In this document: one piece after another, positions 17,161 to 27,362 of the stretch
Layout of the letters: each line of letters opens with the position of its first letter
Position numbering within the stretch: position 1 is the stretch's first letter
The notes under the pieces: model-generated
Seen by the model: only the letters and a program-made list of their open reading frames with translations
The model's database searches: none
What the model was told of the DNA's origin: nothing
NCBI GenBank assembly: GCA_021404905.1
Contig: QWHN01000002.1
Location: forward strand, 143,582-182,379
Length of the DNA stretch: 38,798 bases
Direction of reading: 5' to 3'
Source: Candidatus Saccharibacteria bacterium CPR2
GTDB taxonomy: Bacteria; Patescibacteriota; Saccharimonadia; Saccharimonadales; QWHN01
Position numbers and translations under genes: made by a program

Positions 17161-18567
17161 TTACTGGTTGTCTTTAAGTTTTGATTTTGTGCCGCCACTA
17201 AAAGCAAGAGGGTGTATGCGCCTGTCGTTTGATAAAACCCCCCAGTTATGAACCTCTTTGCCCTCGCCAGATCGAATTATGTCTGCTCTAAAACAGGCTC
17301 TGGTATTAGCGGGAGGGTTCTGAAGCGCATAATTAATTTCCCAGTCTTCATATTGAGAGTCGAATCCATGCCAACCCCAACCATTATTTCTGCGCCTTAT
17401 TGCGATTCCACGATTATCAAGAGAATCCCAGGTGTAATCTATATCGCGCATTTTTTCATTTATCGGTTGTGTTTCTGGATCACGCAAACTTAATTCTCTG
17501 ATGCAATCAAGGCGTGCTACCCATTCAACACGGTCAGTAGCCAGATCAGTTGATAATTCCAGATCATCTGTCACTTCTTTGATTTGCTCCAGCGCCCATA
17601 TTTCATCTTCACTCAATCCTTCCGGCTCAAAATACTCTATAAATTTCTCGGCAAATGCTGATTGCCATTCAGTCGCTCCAATACTTTTGCCGCTATCTAG
17701 TCTCAGTGTAGACCTAAGCGACAAATCACCGGCCACCAGACTTGCTGCCATCAGAGGATTTTCTAAAAATAAATCAGAGAAGTCCTTTCTCGACTCAATG
17801 GCCTTCATTAAAAGCGAGTTCGTTGCATGTTGCATTCTAATGGTCCACGGAGATAGAGAGGCATCACCGCATACTTGATGTACTCGATACATACCAAATT
17901 CACCATTACTATTATCATTACAGATAAGAGGCTTTTTCATACCTGTTCGAGAAGAACTCACGAGCTCTTTTGTAACAGATAATCTTGGAGATACAACATA
18001 CCCAAATTCACCATTTGCACTCATAATGCCGCCCGTTCCCGCGTAAACTGCCCTGGTAGCATTGAATGAACCCATAAGCGCGATCGTATTTTCATCAGAC
18101 TTATCTATCCGAGCGCGTGAGAATATATTTTCGTGATAACCCCAGGAATTTCCTAATTGATCAGTGGTTCGTTTATTCGCGTAGTATTTATCAATAACTC
18201 CTGCTTCTCTCAGCCTACGAAGCATCCCCATAATGAATTTCTCTGAAGACAATTCGTATTTTACTAGTTGCTCTGGACTAGCTGCTTCTGGAGTGCAATA
18301 TTCAGGTGTTCTATTTTGGTCAAAATAGAACCTTGCACCATTGCTCATGAACCCATAAGCATTTGAATCTGTTATTCCTTGATCGCTAAGCACATCATTT
18401 CGCCAATTTGACCACACGTTTACTATTTCAGCAGAAGCAGGTAAATTTGTATCATCATTTAAGGAAGTAGATGTAATTGAGTTGCCATTAAGCTCGGCAT
18501 GGATACTAAAACCAATCTCTGCCCCAAAAACTCTTTCAACCTGTCTAGAATCTCTCTCTGTTTCCAT
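17161..18567 (-). CDS. Pup-ligase/deamidase (PafA/Dop) family homolog, divergent
   Basis: RVFGAE, NGARFYFD...PEYCTPE, D..GNSWGYHEN, R.HQVCGDASLSPW, VEWVAR, D..W..L...G, PPANTRA.FR, late Trp. Start ATG 18567. Confidence 0.85.
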   Translation of the reverse strand: METERDSRQVERVFGAEIGFSIHAELNGNSITSTSLNDDTNLPASAEIVNVWSNWRNDVLSDQGITDSNAYGFMSNGARFYFDQNRTPEYCTPEAASPEQLVKYELSSEKFIMGMLRRLREAGVIDKYYANKRTTDQLGNSWGYHENIFSRARIDKSDENTIALMGSFNATRAVYAGTGGIMSANGEFGYVVSPRLSVTKELVSSSRTGMKKPLICNDNSNGEFGMYRVHQVCGDASLSPWTIRMQHATNSLLMKAIESRKDFSDLFLENPLMAASLVAGDLSLRSTLRLDSGKSIGATEWQSAFAEKFIEYFEPEGLSEDEIWALEQIKEVTDDLELSTDLATDRVEWVARLDCIRELSLRDPETQPINEKMRDIDYTWDSLDNRGIAIRRRNNGWGWHGFDSQYEDWEINYALQNPPANTRACFRADIIRSGEGKEVHNWGVLSNDRRIHPLAFSGGTKSKLKDNQ

Positions 18568-18678
18568 AAGTTGGCGATAATGAGTAATATACAACTTACA
18601 GAAAAATTAGACAATCATAAGCTTTATTGTATGAATTTGCTTACAAAAAGCCCTGAGTAGTGATACATTTTTAAAGTC

Positions 18679-19203
18679 ATGATTGGTTTTGGGCATACAA
18701 GTACAGGGGTGCTAATCGGCATCGGAGCAATACAATTTTTACCTGAAAAAATTTCCACTCCAACACAAATTTTTATCGTTTCTTTACTTGGAGTAATATC
18801 TCACTATATTACCGACTTTATACCACATGGCCACTATGCAATCGACCCGGAAAAATTAACTAAAAAAAGTTTGGCGCTTTTTACACTGGATACCCTCGGG
18901 GTGGCTATGTTTTTCCTCTTAATAGCTCTGTACAAATATGGTCTGACAAGTAGCTTTTGGTTGATTGCATTTGCCATAACAGGCGCTCAACTTCCAGATG
19001 TTTGGCAGGGAATAAATAAATTGACGCGCATTAAACAAAACACAATTACACGCTTTGAGTCGTATCTCCACAGTAAAATCGCGCACTGGCACAATCCGCC
19101 AAACACACCTATACCCGGAGGGGGCAGGCCTTGGAGCAAGGCAGATATTTGGCAAATATCTATTTTTATGTTTGCGCTTTGGTCTGTCTTATTTATAGGT
19201 TAA
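18679..19203 (+). CDS. membrane protein, possible metal-dependent hydrolase
   Basis: Several TM helices with H, SH...D.IPH, LPD and H...H motifs. Confidence 0.6.
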   Translation: MIGFGHTSTGVLIGIGAIQFLPEKISTPTQIFIVSLLGVISHYITDFIPHGHYAIDPEKLTKKSLALFTLDTLGVAMFFLLIALYKYGLTSSFWLIAFAITGAQLPDVWQGINKLTRIKQNTITRFESYLHSKIAHWHNPPNTPIPGGGRPWSKADIWQISIFMFALWSVLFIG

Positions 19204-20333
19204 GCGCCTGTGTGAGCAGACTTTACCTTGGCGCTTTCTTCATATAGCGCGTTAATCTCCGGCTCAATAATACCCTTAAAAATTTTTCTGTAACTATCCA
19301 GGCTTAAGTGTCTGCCGTCAATGATATGCACTTTTGAATTTGGAAAATCTTTTTCATTTAGGTGTTGTTTTAGTAAATAAGGAAGGGTAATGTAGTCTCC
19401 ATTAAAAGCGGCGGCTGTTACTCTATAATCTCGCGGCAATCTTTGAATTGTGTCTTCAAGGTCTCCGGAAAACAGGAAGTTAACGGCTAATTTTGCAGCT
19501 CCGGGAAGTGCTTCTTTATAAGGCACGGTTTTAACAAACGACCTTATATACTCATCGCGCTCGGGCTTGTTCATGTGAGAAGCTTTTTCAACAAAATGCG
19601 CTGGCTCTAAAACTAAGAATTGATATGCCGCCTTAATTCGCCGTTTATTACTTAAACTCCACCCAGCCGGCGCAACCGGCAAGCTTAGTTCGACAATGTG
19701 AGGTTGTTTTCCAGACTCCTCACGACGCCCGGCAATTGTTTGATCTGCGAAAACTAAGGATAAATAACCGCCAAGAGACGCGCCGGTATGTACCATTCGC
19801 GTTAGCTCTACTTGTTCTGTTTCGGCAATACCGTCTATAGCTTCATGGGTGTCACTAACTATTGAATGTAAGTCAAATCGCGCGAGCTGAAACGAATTCA
19901 TGCCGCGACCATGACTTGCGGGGGCACCAATCACCACTAGACCTCTGTCTTGTTCATGCGCAAGGCGATCAAGGTTTTTTATCATAGGAGCAACAAACCC
20001 TTGATCAGGCCGTACCATTAAAGACATATGCAAGTAGATGTCCGGGTTATCTGACCTGTCTCCCAAACAATCCCGGTTATAAATATGAACCGGATATTCT
20101 CCGGTATCAGTTTCTACCGTGTAGGAAATATCAGGGGTAACTTCGGCATATCTAACTGGATGATAGTTTTCCGGGGAAGTAGACAAACCTCTATGAATAA
20201 AAGGCAATACCGCAAGTCTTCCTACGCGCCACCCGATTGTTTCAAGTTTGTCTCTAAAATTTTCGGTTTCATGATTTTCGGCGCCCAAATATCCATCTGG
20301 ATTTTGATTGATAGTGGATACGTGCGCCTCCAT
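19200..20333 (-). CDS. alpha/beta hydrolase-like protein
   Basis: GASLGG nucleophile elbow, later D (NGDY) and H (GRH) candidates for the triad. Confidence 0.65.
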   Translation of the reverse strand: MEAHVSTINQNPDGYLGAENHETENFRDKLETIGWRVGRLAVLPFIHRGLSTSPENYHPVRYAEVTPDISYTVETDTGEYPVHIYNRDCLGDRSDNPDIYLHMSLMVRPDQGFVAPMIKNLDRLAHEQDRGLVVIGAPASHGRGMNSFQLARFDLHSIVSDTHEAIDGIAETEQVELTRMVHTGASLGGYLSLVFADQTIAGRREESGKQPHIVELSLPVAPAGWSLSNKRRIKAAYQFLVLEPAHFVEKASHMNKPERDEYIRSFVKTVPYKEALPGAAKLAVNFLFSGDLEDTIQRLPRDYRVTAAAFNGDYITLPYLLKQHLNEKDFPNSKVHIIDGRHLSLDSYRKIFKGIIEPEINALYEESAKVKSAHTGA

Positions 20334-20426
20334 ATGTCTATAGCTTGACCTTATCCTTAAAATTATTATACACCTATTTGCAAGAGCGTTAATGCGCGAT
20401 TTGTGCTAATAGCATATAATGAAAAC

Positions 20427-21632
20427 ATGCGCGGAAATATGCGCTTTGGGTGGATCTTCGCAATATCGTTTTTTGTTGCTTTATTTGTTGCGGCAACTTT
20501 ATATCTTGCCAAAAACAATAGCAGCCCAATTGAACGGTCCAACCCTGAACTTGAAAAGAAGTTATCTGAGCCAAAAACACCAACTTCAATATCTACAAGA
20601 TTATTAGTTGGCGGCGATGTTTTTTGGGGAAGACAAACAGAAATCTGGGCAAACGAATCTGCCGAACCAATAAAATTTCCGTTTCAAGGACTAAACACTT
20701 TTGAAAGAGAAAAATATGACGCCTGGATTGGCACGATGGAGTGCCCAATTACGTCAACTGCCGTACCCTTTGAGAGACAAAAGAACGAATTGAAGTTCAA
20801 TTGTCTGCCCGAATATTTGGAAGAAGCCAAAAAGTGGTTCAATGCTTTTAACACTGCTAGTAATCATACTGATAACATGCAAGAGGTGGACGGGTTTGAT
20901 CAAACATTAAAGAATCTTGAAAAACATGACATCCAGCATTTCGGCCACTTCGACGCGGGCGTAAACGACGAAATTTGCGAAGTTTTGTCTTTCCCCGCAC
21001 GCGCAGAACCAGTTGACAACGAAAACCAAAATAGTGATGTTTACTTGCCGGTCGCTTTTTGCGGATATAACAATGTCTATCGCTTACCAACCGAACAAGA
21101 GCTGGACGCGATCACTCCGTATTCCAAGCAGTTTTTTACCATCGCTACGCCACAACAAGGCGAGGAATACAAGCCGGCGGCCGATGAACTTAAGATAGAA
21201 TATTTTCGCAAAATGGTAGACAAAGGCGCCGATTCTATAATTGGCGGTCAGCCCCATTGGGTGCAAAATACCGAGGTTTATAAGGAAAAATTGATAGTTT
21301 ACTCCGTAGGAAATTTTATGTTCGATCAGCGTTGGAGCCCGGACGTAATGAGGGGTATAGGCGTCGATATAACCTTAACAGCCGTCTACGATGAGAACGT
21401 CCAGGCTTGGCTGGATATTGCCGAACAATGCAAAAACCATAACGATAGCTGTTTAGAAAAAGCGAAGAATAAGGGATTAGAAAAAATTGGTTTTAGAGTC
21501 AAATACGACATAGTAGCCGTTGACGCAACTGGTAGATTTAGCGTAAAAGGCGACAAACAACTCCTGGATGCTCTTAAACAACGCGCTAATTGGGCAAGTA
21601 CATCCGCAAATTTACAAAAATCATCCCCTTAA
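20427..21632 (+). CDS. CapA-family metallophosphoesterase-like protein, membrane anchored
   Basis: N-terminal TM, GGD, ME.P, SNHTDN, QQG.EY, GQPHWVQ, YSVGNF.FDQ. Start 20427 or 20439. Confidence 0.85.
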   Translation: MRGNMRFGWIFAISFFVALFVAATLYLAKNNSSPIERSNPELEKKLSEPKTPTSISTRLLVGGDVFWGRQTEIWANESAEPIKFPFQGLNTFEREKYDAWIGTMECPITSTAVPFERQKNELKFNCLPEYLEEAKKWFNAFNTASNHTDNMQEVDGFDQTLKNLEKHDIQHFGHFDAGVNDEICEVLSFPARAEPVDNENQNSDVYLPVAFCGYNNVYRLPTEQELDAITPYSKQFFTIATPQQGEEYKPAADELKIEYFRKMVDKGADSIIGGQPHWVQNTEVYKEKLIVYSVGNFMFDQRWSPDVMRGIGVDITLTAVYDENVQAWLDIAEQCKNHNDSCLEKAKNKGLEKIGFRVKYDIVAVDATGRFSVKGDKQLLDALKQRANWASTSANLQKSSP

Positions 21633-21644
21633 GAAAGCTCCTGA

Positions 21645-22172
21645 TTAATTTTTTTCTGTTTGTGAATCTTCACCAAATACCAATGTAGATAATTTAGCTA
21701 ATGCGTCTTCCAGGTTACGATTAAATCCCATTCCTTCCGGTGGCTTTACTGATACAGTTAGTCTATGATTCGGCTCAAGAGTTATGTGTGGATATCTGCC
21801 TTTTTTAGGCTCAAACGACACATTAACTCCATTTTCTCCATGTGTTTCATCAAAAAGCCAACGAACCGCGTCTTCTCTAGAAATAATCATTTTTTCGCCA
21901 CCATTGTTTATGGTAGTGCATAAGTGATCGATTCTATCGAGAGTGGTTTGTTCTAAATAAAACCCTACCGAAAAAGAATTTCCTTCAGTGCCTACTTCAG
22001 ATGTGCAATTCCCATTTGGTGCGGCTCCAGTAAACTTTGTTAGAATGGCCGTAACTTCCCTTGGCTTTAATACGACGTCATCACCCATAGGAGAAAAAAC
22101 ACTAAAACATTTTTCAGGAATTATAGCTTCAGGATTGCCGTTTGATTTGTTAATTTCACTATCGCCATTCAT
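21645..22172 (-). CDS. hypothetical protein
   Basis: 175-aa ORF filling the gap between the capA-like gene and the helicase; no motif recognised. Confidence 0.6.
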   Translation of the reverse strand: MNGDSEINKSNGNPEAIIPEKCFSVFSPMGDDVVLKPREVTAILTKFTGAAPNGNCTSEVGTEGNSFSVGFYLEQTTLDRIDHLCTTINNGGEKMIISREDAVRWLFDETHGENGVNVSFEPKKGRYPHITLEPNHRLTVSVKPPEGMGFNRNLEDALAKLSTLVFGEDSQTEKN

Positions 22173-22244
22173 AGTTTTATCCTGACATAGTTATGCTTAT
22201 GCGTCAATGCTACGCCTTTTACCGTGATATACTCAAGACACCAT

Positions 22245-25200
22245 ATGTCAAACATTTCCAAAGAATTCTTGAAATTAAATTTTGCTCAAAAAGATGCTGT
22301 CGATTCAATAGATGGTCCAGTTTTGGTTATTGCCGGTCCTGGAACGGGCAAGACTCAGCTGCTCTCTATGAGAGTTGCCAATATTTTGAGAAAAACTGAT
22401 ACGCAGCCTCACGAAATTTTATGCCTGACATTCACTGAAAAAGCAGCGACAAACATGCGCGACCGCTTAATTGGCCTTATTGGCCACGAAGCACACGGAG
22501 TTGTTACTAAAACTTTTCATAGCTTCGGCGCGGAAATTATTAATTCATATCCAGACTATTTTTGGCAGGCAGCAAAACCTGCTCCAGCACCAGATGTTAT
22601 TCAATATGAAGTAGTCCATAGCATCTTAAAAAGACTGCGGCTTAGCAACCCATTGGCACTACGTTTCGGCGGGAATCCGACTTTAACAAAAGACGTAAAA
22701 GACGCCCTTAAATACACAAAAGAGGCCGGGCTAACTCCAGATAAACTCAGGGCCATAGTAGAAGCGAACATTGCATACCTTGAAACAATTGAAGAAGACG
22801 TGATTGCTGTGATGGAAGAGAGAATTACAAAGAAAAACATCGAGAAAATCAACAATGTCATAGAACGCTTACCTGAACAAAACATCCGGTCATATATAAG
22901 ACCGCTTCAACCGCTAAGTACTTTGTTGAAGGAGACTTTTCAGAAGGCATATAACGAAGCCATTTCTACAAATTCAACAAGGCCAATTAGTAACTGGAAA
23001 AGATATTGGGTTCAAAAAGATGGCAATCATTATTCGCTTCGCGATGAAAAAAAGCGCAATTTATGGTGGCTTGAGCTAGCTTCAGTTTACGAAAAATACC
23101 GCAAACAACTTTACAGACGAGGTTATTTTGACTATTCGGATATGCTTATAGAGGTAATTATGCAGCTGGAACAAAATGAGGAGCTTCGCTCTCTTGTCCA
23201 GGAACGTTTTCTTTACGTGCTGATAGATGAATTTCAAGATACTAATGAAGCTCAAATGAGGTTAGCTCACTTGGTAGCCGATCACCACTTTGCAGAAGGC
23301 AAACCAAACATAATGGTAGTGGGGGATGACGACCAAACTATTTACAAATTCCAAGGCGCCCAGACCAATAATTTATTGAACTTTCACCGAAGTTATCCGT
23401 CTGCAAAAATAGTAGTTTTAGAAAAAAATTATCGCTCTCATCAAAGTGTACTCAATGTCGCCCAGGAGATTATTGAGCAAGCTGAATTTAGATTAGTGAG
23501 TCAAGATACTAAGATTTCCAAATATATCTTTGCAGCCGGTAGTCATTCAAAAGGAGAAATTGAGTTTCTTATTTTTACAACTAAAGAAGCACAGTTTCAA
23601 TATCTGGCAAAAAAAATAAAACAAAGATTTAAACAAGATAAAAATATCGCGGTCATCGCCAGAACTCATGAGTCATTGCGCCAATTCGCTAATATTTTGC
23701 AACAATACGACATTCCAGTGAGATACGAACAGCGCAATAATGTGCTAGTCCACCCCATTACCCAGATTGTCGTTCACATGGCACGATTGGTTAATGCTCT
23801 AAACGATGGCAACAAAGAGGTTGTTAACGAACAGCTTGCAATTGTTTTGCGCCACCCGATGTGGAATATAAAACTTGCAATTTTATGGAATCTGGCATTG
23901 AAAAATCGCGAAAGAGCTCAGTGGCTTGAAAGTATTCAAAGATCAACCTCTACTCAACAAATTGCAGATTATTTCTTCGATCTTGCTCGGGAATCTCAAA
24001 TTCAGCCACTGGCGGTAATGCTGGATATGATGCTTGGACTTATGCCTGTTGGCAAAAGTAAATACACCAGTCCGCTGCGCGAATATTATATAAAACAAAG
24101 TAAGCCTAGCAATGAGTATCTCACCGGTCTTTCCGCGATACATCTGTTGAGAACTTTGGTAAATGAAATTAGCCAGGGTTGGCAGGCTTCTTTAAAAGAT
24201 TTTCTAGACTTTAGCGCGCTACACGAGGAAAATAATATAGTTATAGCAGATGAATCCATTTATGTTTCTGCCAGCAATGCCGTGGAACTCTTAACCGCCC
24301 ACAAAGCCAAAGGGCTGGAATTTAACTCAGTATACGTAGTTGATTGTATTGAAAACGACTGGTCGCCAAGCTCCGGATATAGAAAACCGCCAATTAATCT
24401 ACCGTTGAAACCAGCGGGTGATGAGTGGGACGACTACGTTCGGCTGATGTTTGTATCCGCAACCAGAGCAGTATCAAACCTTATTTTTAGTGCATATCGT
24501 GAGAATTCTGCCGGCAAAGGATTATTGCCGACTCCAATCTTAAGTTCGGTATTTAAAGATAATGTCAGGTTGATTAATTTTGAAGCAAAAGAAGCCACAA
24601 CTACACTCGAAACTGCTTTGAGTTGGCCTAAGCTTAACAAGGCTGATGAAAAACATTTGCTGGCACCTATAATTGAAAATTACTCTCTAAGCATCACACA
24701 CCTAGTTAATTTCTTGGACGTAACGAGAGGAGGCCCACAATATTTTTATGAACGCAATCTGCTTAAGCTTCCAGAAGCCAAAACTCCATCGCAAGCTTAC
24801 GGCAGCGCCATGCACGACGCGCTCGAACTTGCCCAGAAACTGGTTAATAACAACTCTTTTAATCTTAAAAAGATAGAAAACGAGTATATAAAAAGTTTGG
24901 AGAATCAACACATAGAACATGGTGAATTCGAACGATTTAAAGATGAAGGAATAAGAATTTTAAATAGATTTTTTTCATTTAAAGGCGCTCATATGCAAAA
25001 AGGAAGTAGACCAGAGCGAACTTATAAAAATATTGTTGTTGGCAACGCAAACTTAAACGGTAAATTTGACCGCATTGATTTTTCTGATAACACCGTAACT
25101 ATTATTGACTATAAAACCGGCAAGCCGCTCTCCAACATCAAAACAATGTCTAAGAATGAAGGGATAAAAGCCTGGAAACAGCGCACGCAACTGATTTTTT

Positions 25201-25463
25201 ATGCCATAATAGCCAGAAACCAGCCAGAATTTCGAAATAAAAATATCGAGACTCAAATGATATATGCGCACGCCGAAACTGAGAAGCAGCTCATGCAAAA
25301 ATACAGAGTGACAGAGGAAGATATTAAGCGCTTAGAAAAACTTATAAATTCAGTGTGGAATAGAATTATGCATCTGAATTTTCCCGACACCTCAACATAT
25401 TCAAACGACTTAAAAGGCATACTTCAGTTTGAACAAGATCTAATTAGTAGAAACTTTGCCTAG
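22245..25463 (+). CDS. UvrD/REP-family helicase with C-terminal PD-(D/E)XK nuclease
   Basis: [48 protein letters not shown]; C-terminal G..DRID...IIDYKTG and Q...Y. Confidence 0.93.
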   Translation: MSNISKEFLKLNFAQKDAVDSIDGPVLVIAGPGTGKTQLLSMRVANILRKTDTQPHEILCLTFTEKAATNMRDRLIGLIGHEAHGVVTKTFHSFGAEIINSYPDYFWQAAKPAPAPDVIQYEVVHSILKRLRLSNPLALRFGGNPTLTKDVKDALKYTKEAGLTPDKLRAIVEANIAYLETIEEDVIAVMEERITKKNIEKINNVIERLPEQNIRSYIRPLQPLSTLLKETFQKAYNEAISTNSTRPISNWKRYWVQKDGNHYSLRDEKKRNLWWLELASVYEKYRKQLYRRGYFDYSDMLIEVIMQLEQNEELRSLVQERFLYVLIDEFQDTNEAQMRLAHLVADHHFAEGKPNIMVVGDDDQTIYKFQGAQTNNLLNFHRSYPSAKIVVLEKNYRSHQSVLNVAQEIIEQAEFRLVSQDTKISKYIFAAGSHSKGEIEFLIFTTKEAQFQYLAKKIKQRFKQDKNIAVIARTHESLRQFANILQQYDIPVRYEQRNNVLVHPITQIVVHMARLVNALNDGNKEVVNEQLAIVLRHPMWNIKLAILWNLALKNRERAQWLESIQRSTSTQQIADYFFDLARESQIQPLAVMLDMMLGLMPVGKSKYTSPLREYYIKQSKPSNEYLTGLSAIHLLRTLVNEISQGWQASLKDFLDFSALHEENNIVIADESIYVSASNAVELLTAHKAKGLEFNSVYVVDCIENDWSPSSGYRKPPINLPLKPAGDEWDDYVRLMFVSATRAVSNLIFSAYRENSAGKGLLPTPILSSVFKDNVRLINFEAKEATTTLETALSWPKLNKADEKHLLAPIIENYSLSITHLVNFLDVTRGGPQYFYERNLLKLPEAKTPSQAYGSAMHDALELAQKLVNNNSFNLKKIENEYIKSLENQHIEHGEFERFKDEGIRILNRFFSFKGAHMQKGSRPERTYKNIVVGNANLNGKFDRIDFSDNTVTIIDYKTGKPLSNIKTMSKNEGIKAWKQRTQLIFYAIIARNQPEFRNKNIETQMIYAHAETEKQLMQKYRVTEEDIKRLEKLINSVWNRIMHLNFPDTSTYSNDLKGILQFEQDLISRNFA

Positions 25464-25470
25464 TTATACG

Positions 25471-25547
25471 TGGTCGGGGATGCGGGATTTGAACCCACGA
25501 CCTCCGCGTCCCGAACGCGGCGCGCTACCGAGCTGCGCTAATCCCCG
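25471..25547 (-). tRNA. tRNA-Pro (CGG)
   Basis: Reverse complement CGGGGAT...CCGCG-TT-CGG-GA-CGCGG...GGTTCAAATCC...ATCCCCG-A-CCA. Confidence 0.95.
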
Positions 25548-25606
25548 CGAACACACTCCGCATGTAATTATCAATTATCAGTTCCCAAATATCAAACACA
25601 TATATA

Positions 25607-25771
25607 AAATAGCAATTGGGAAATAGGAATTGGGAATTAGGAAATAGGAATTGGGAATTAGGAATTAGAAACTAGGAACTGGGAATTAGAAAATAGTGTT
25701 TTTAAAAAACTAATTCCTGGTTCCTATTTTCTAGTTTCTAATTTCTAATTGCCAATTGCTAGTTTCTAATT
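25607..25771. repeat. inverted heptamer-array element, copy 1
   Basis: 13 in-phase AA(T/A/C)T(A/G)G(G/A)-like units (25607-25697), core GTTTTTAAAAA, then 9 reverse-complement units (25709-25771). Confidence 0.93.
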
Positions 25772-26382
25772 TATTCCAAATTCGCAATGATCTCTTGGGC
25801 CATGATTTTATGGTGCTGTTCTATCTCCTCAGGCCCATCGTTAATACTTCCCTGAACAGTAAGCCAATACTTGCCATTATCAATTAACACATTAAGTTGG
25901 CCCAGCTGTGGATTCCAATAAGCTTTGTCGCCGACACCAGAAATTTGTTGCAACTTTGGTGGTTCTTCTTCCCCAAACTCGGCAGTTTCAAACGGTGCCT
26001 GCTCATAATTGTTTCTGTTCCACTCCTCTCCGGTAGAGTTCTTAGCCGTGTTTAGTTGTATGTTGCGTGATTCCAAAGAGTCTTCTCCAGCACCATACAG
26101 GCACGACGAAGTTATAAGGTTGTCACCTTCGGTTGAGTCATCGCTTGAGGGCGTATCTCCAAGTCTGGCATTTTCACCCAAATGCTTTTTGGCAATTTCT
26201 AGTGTAAATACGTCGCAAGCTGATTTATATTGACTGGCGCTGGATTGATTTGTCTCTTGCTTTTGGCTTGCATCAATAATTTTTTGAGTATTATCTTTCT
26301 GGAAAAATTGGCCATATGCCACATAACCCAGAAAACCCACAGCAATAATGCCGCCAATTATTAGAAAAATTTTTTTATTCAT
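25771..26382 (-). CDS. membrane-anchored extracytoplasmic protein (DUF3558-like)
   Basis: ATG 26382 after GAGGGG; N-terminal TM, SACDVFT, C.Y and GVGDKAYW motifs. Family assignment tentative. Confidence 0.6.
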   Translation of the reverse strand: MNKKIFLIIGGIIAVGFLGYVAYGQFFQKDNTQKIIDASQKQETNQSSASQYKSACDVFTLEIAKKHLGENARLGDTPSSDDSTEGDNLITSSCLYGAGEDSLESRNIQLNTAKNSTGEEWNRNNYEQAPFETAEFGEEEPPKLQQISGVGDKAYWNPQLGQLNVLIDNGKYWLTVQGSINDGPEEIEQHHKIMAQEIIANLE

Positions 26383-26504
26383 AAACACCCCTCATAATTA
26401 CGAATATAATTATAACAACTAAAAGTTGAACGGCAAAAACTTCACGTCCGTGGGTAATATTTCGCTTATGTTGTATACTAATAACCATAAGCAGACTAGA
26501 AGTA

Positions 26505-27359
26505 ATGAGCGAACAACTGGAAGATCCGGCAGAAGAACAAAACAAGGAACTTATAAAGCAAGTAAAAGACATGCCCGATTCTCCTAACAGGAGCCAGTTT
26601 AATAGTGTTGCTTTGCCGTCATCAAATGTAAACAAGAGATTTTTGATTACTCAAAAAATCAAAGTGTTTTTGTATGTAACCATTGCTTTGCTGGTTGTTG
26701 CTGTCATTACTGGCTCTGTTTTGATAATGAGACACGAGGACCCCGTCGCGCGTGGAGCGCTGGAGGCAGTCGGATCTAAAATAAATGCAAAAATATCATC
26801 AGTTGATGGCACAGTTGAGACAAGTACGGACGGGCAAAACTGGCAGGCCGCAAAAACTGATCAAGACGTGCAATCATCAACTTATATAAGAACTCTTGAG
26901 CAGAGTAGGGCAGAACTTAAACTAGAAGACAAGAGTTTACTGAGGCTCAACTACAACACTCAACTCAAAATAACTAATTTGAGCAGCACCAAGTTGAGAT
27001 TTGAAAATCTCGGCGGTGAAGTATGGGCAAGAGCAGCTCAATCCGGTCACCGCCAATTTGAAGTTGCACTTGAGAGCATTCGTTTCCTGAGCACCGAAGC
27101 CGCATTTATATCTGTAAATTCTAAAAATACTATTGGGGTGGAGGTTTATCAGGGCAAAGTTGATGTACCAGATCCATTTAACGAAACAGTTAATGAAGGC
27201 AAGGCCTTTTACCTGCTAAGTTCTAAAAATGAACAGCAAAAAGTTCTAGACATTAACCTGGATGAATCAAGAGCTAATGACTTTATAAAGTGGAACATTG
27301 AGAAGGATGCTAACAATTCTGACTTTCGGGATAAACAGGGGATTAGCGAAGCAATTTAG
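26505..27359 (+). CDS. FecR-domain membrane protein
   Basis: Single TM, then G.V......W, IRT...SRAEL.L.D.S..RL..NT.L, G.VW, V.V.QGKV. Confidence 0.75.
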   Translation: MSEQLEDPAEEQNKELIKQVKDMPDSPNRSQFNSVALPSSNVNKRFLITQKIKVFLYVTIALLVVAVITGSVLIMRHEDPVARGALEAVGSKINAKISSVDGTVETSTDGQNWQAAKTDQDVQSSTYIRTLEQSRAELKLEDKSLLRLNYNTQLKITNLSSTKLRFENLGGEVWARAAQSGHRQFEVALESIRFLSTEAAFISVNSKNTIGVEVYQGKVDVPDPFNETVNEGKAFYLLSSKNEQQKVLDINLDESRANDFIKWNIEKDANNSDFRDKQGISEAI

Positions 27360-27362
27360 ACC

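Noticed and set aside
22245-25463. Helicase-nuclease fusion as an anti-phage defence system
   Set aside because: UvrD plus PD-(D/E)XK fusions are common repair enzymes, and no defence partner genes are adjacent.
15296-25547. Region between the two tRNAs as an integrated island or prophage
   Set aside because: No integrase, no duplicated tRNA 3' end seen, no phage structural genes; it includes a housekeeping-type helicase and a DciA-like gene.
25607-25771. Heptamer arrays as a CRISPR array
   Set aside because: Units are 7-nt tandem repeats with no unique spacers, and no cas genes are present.
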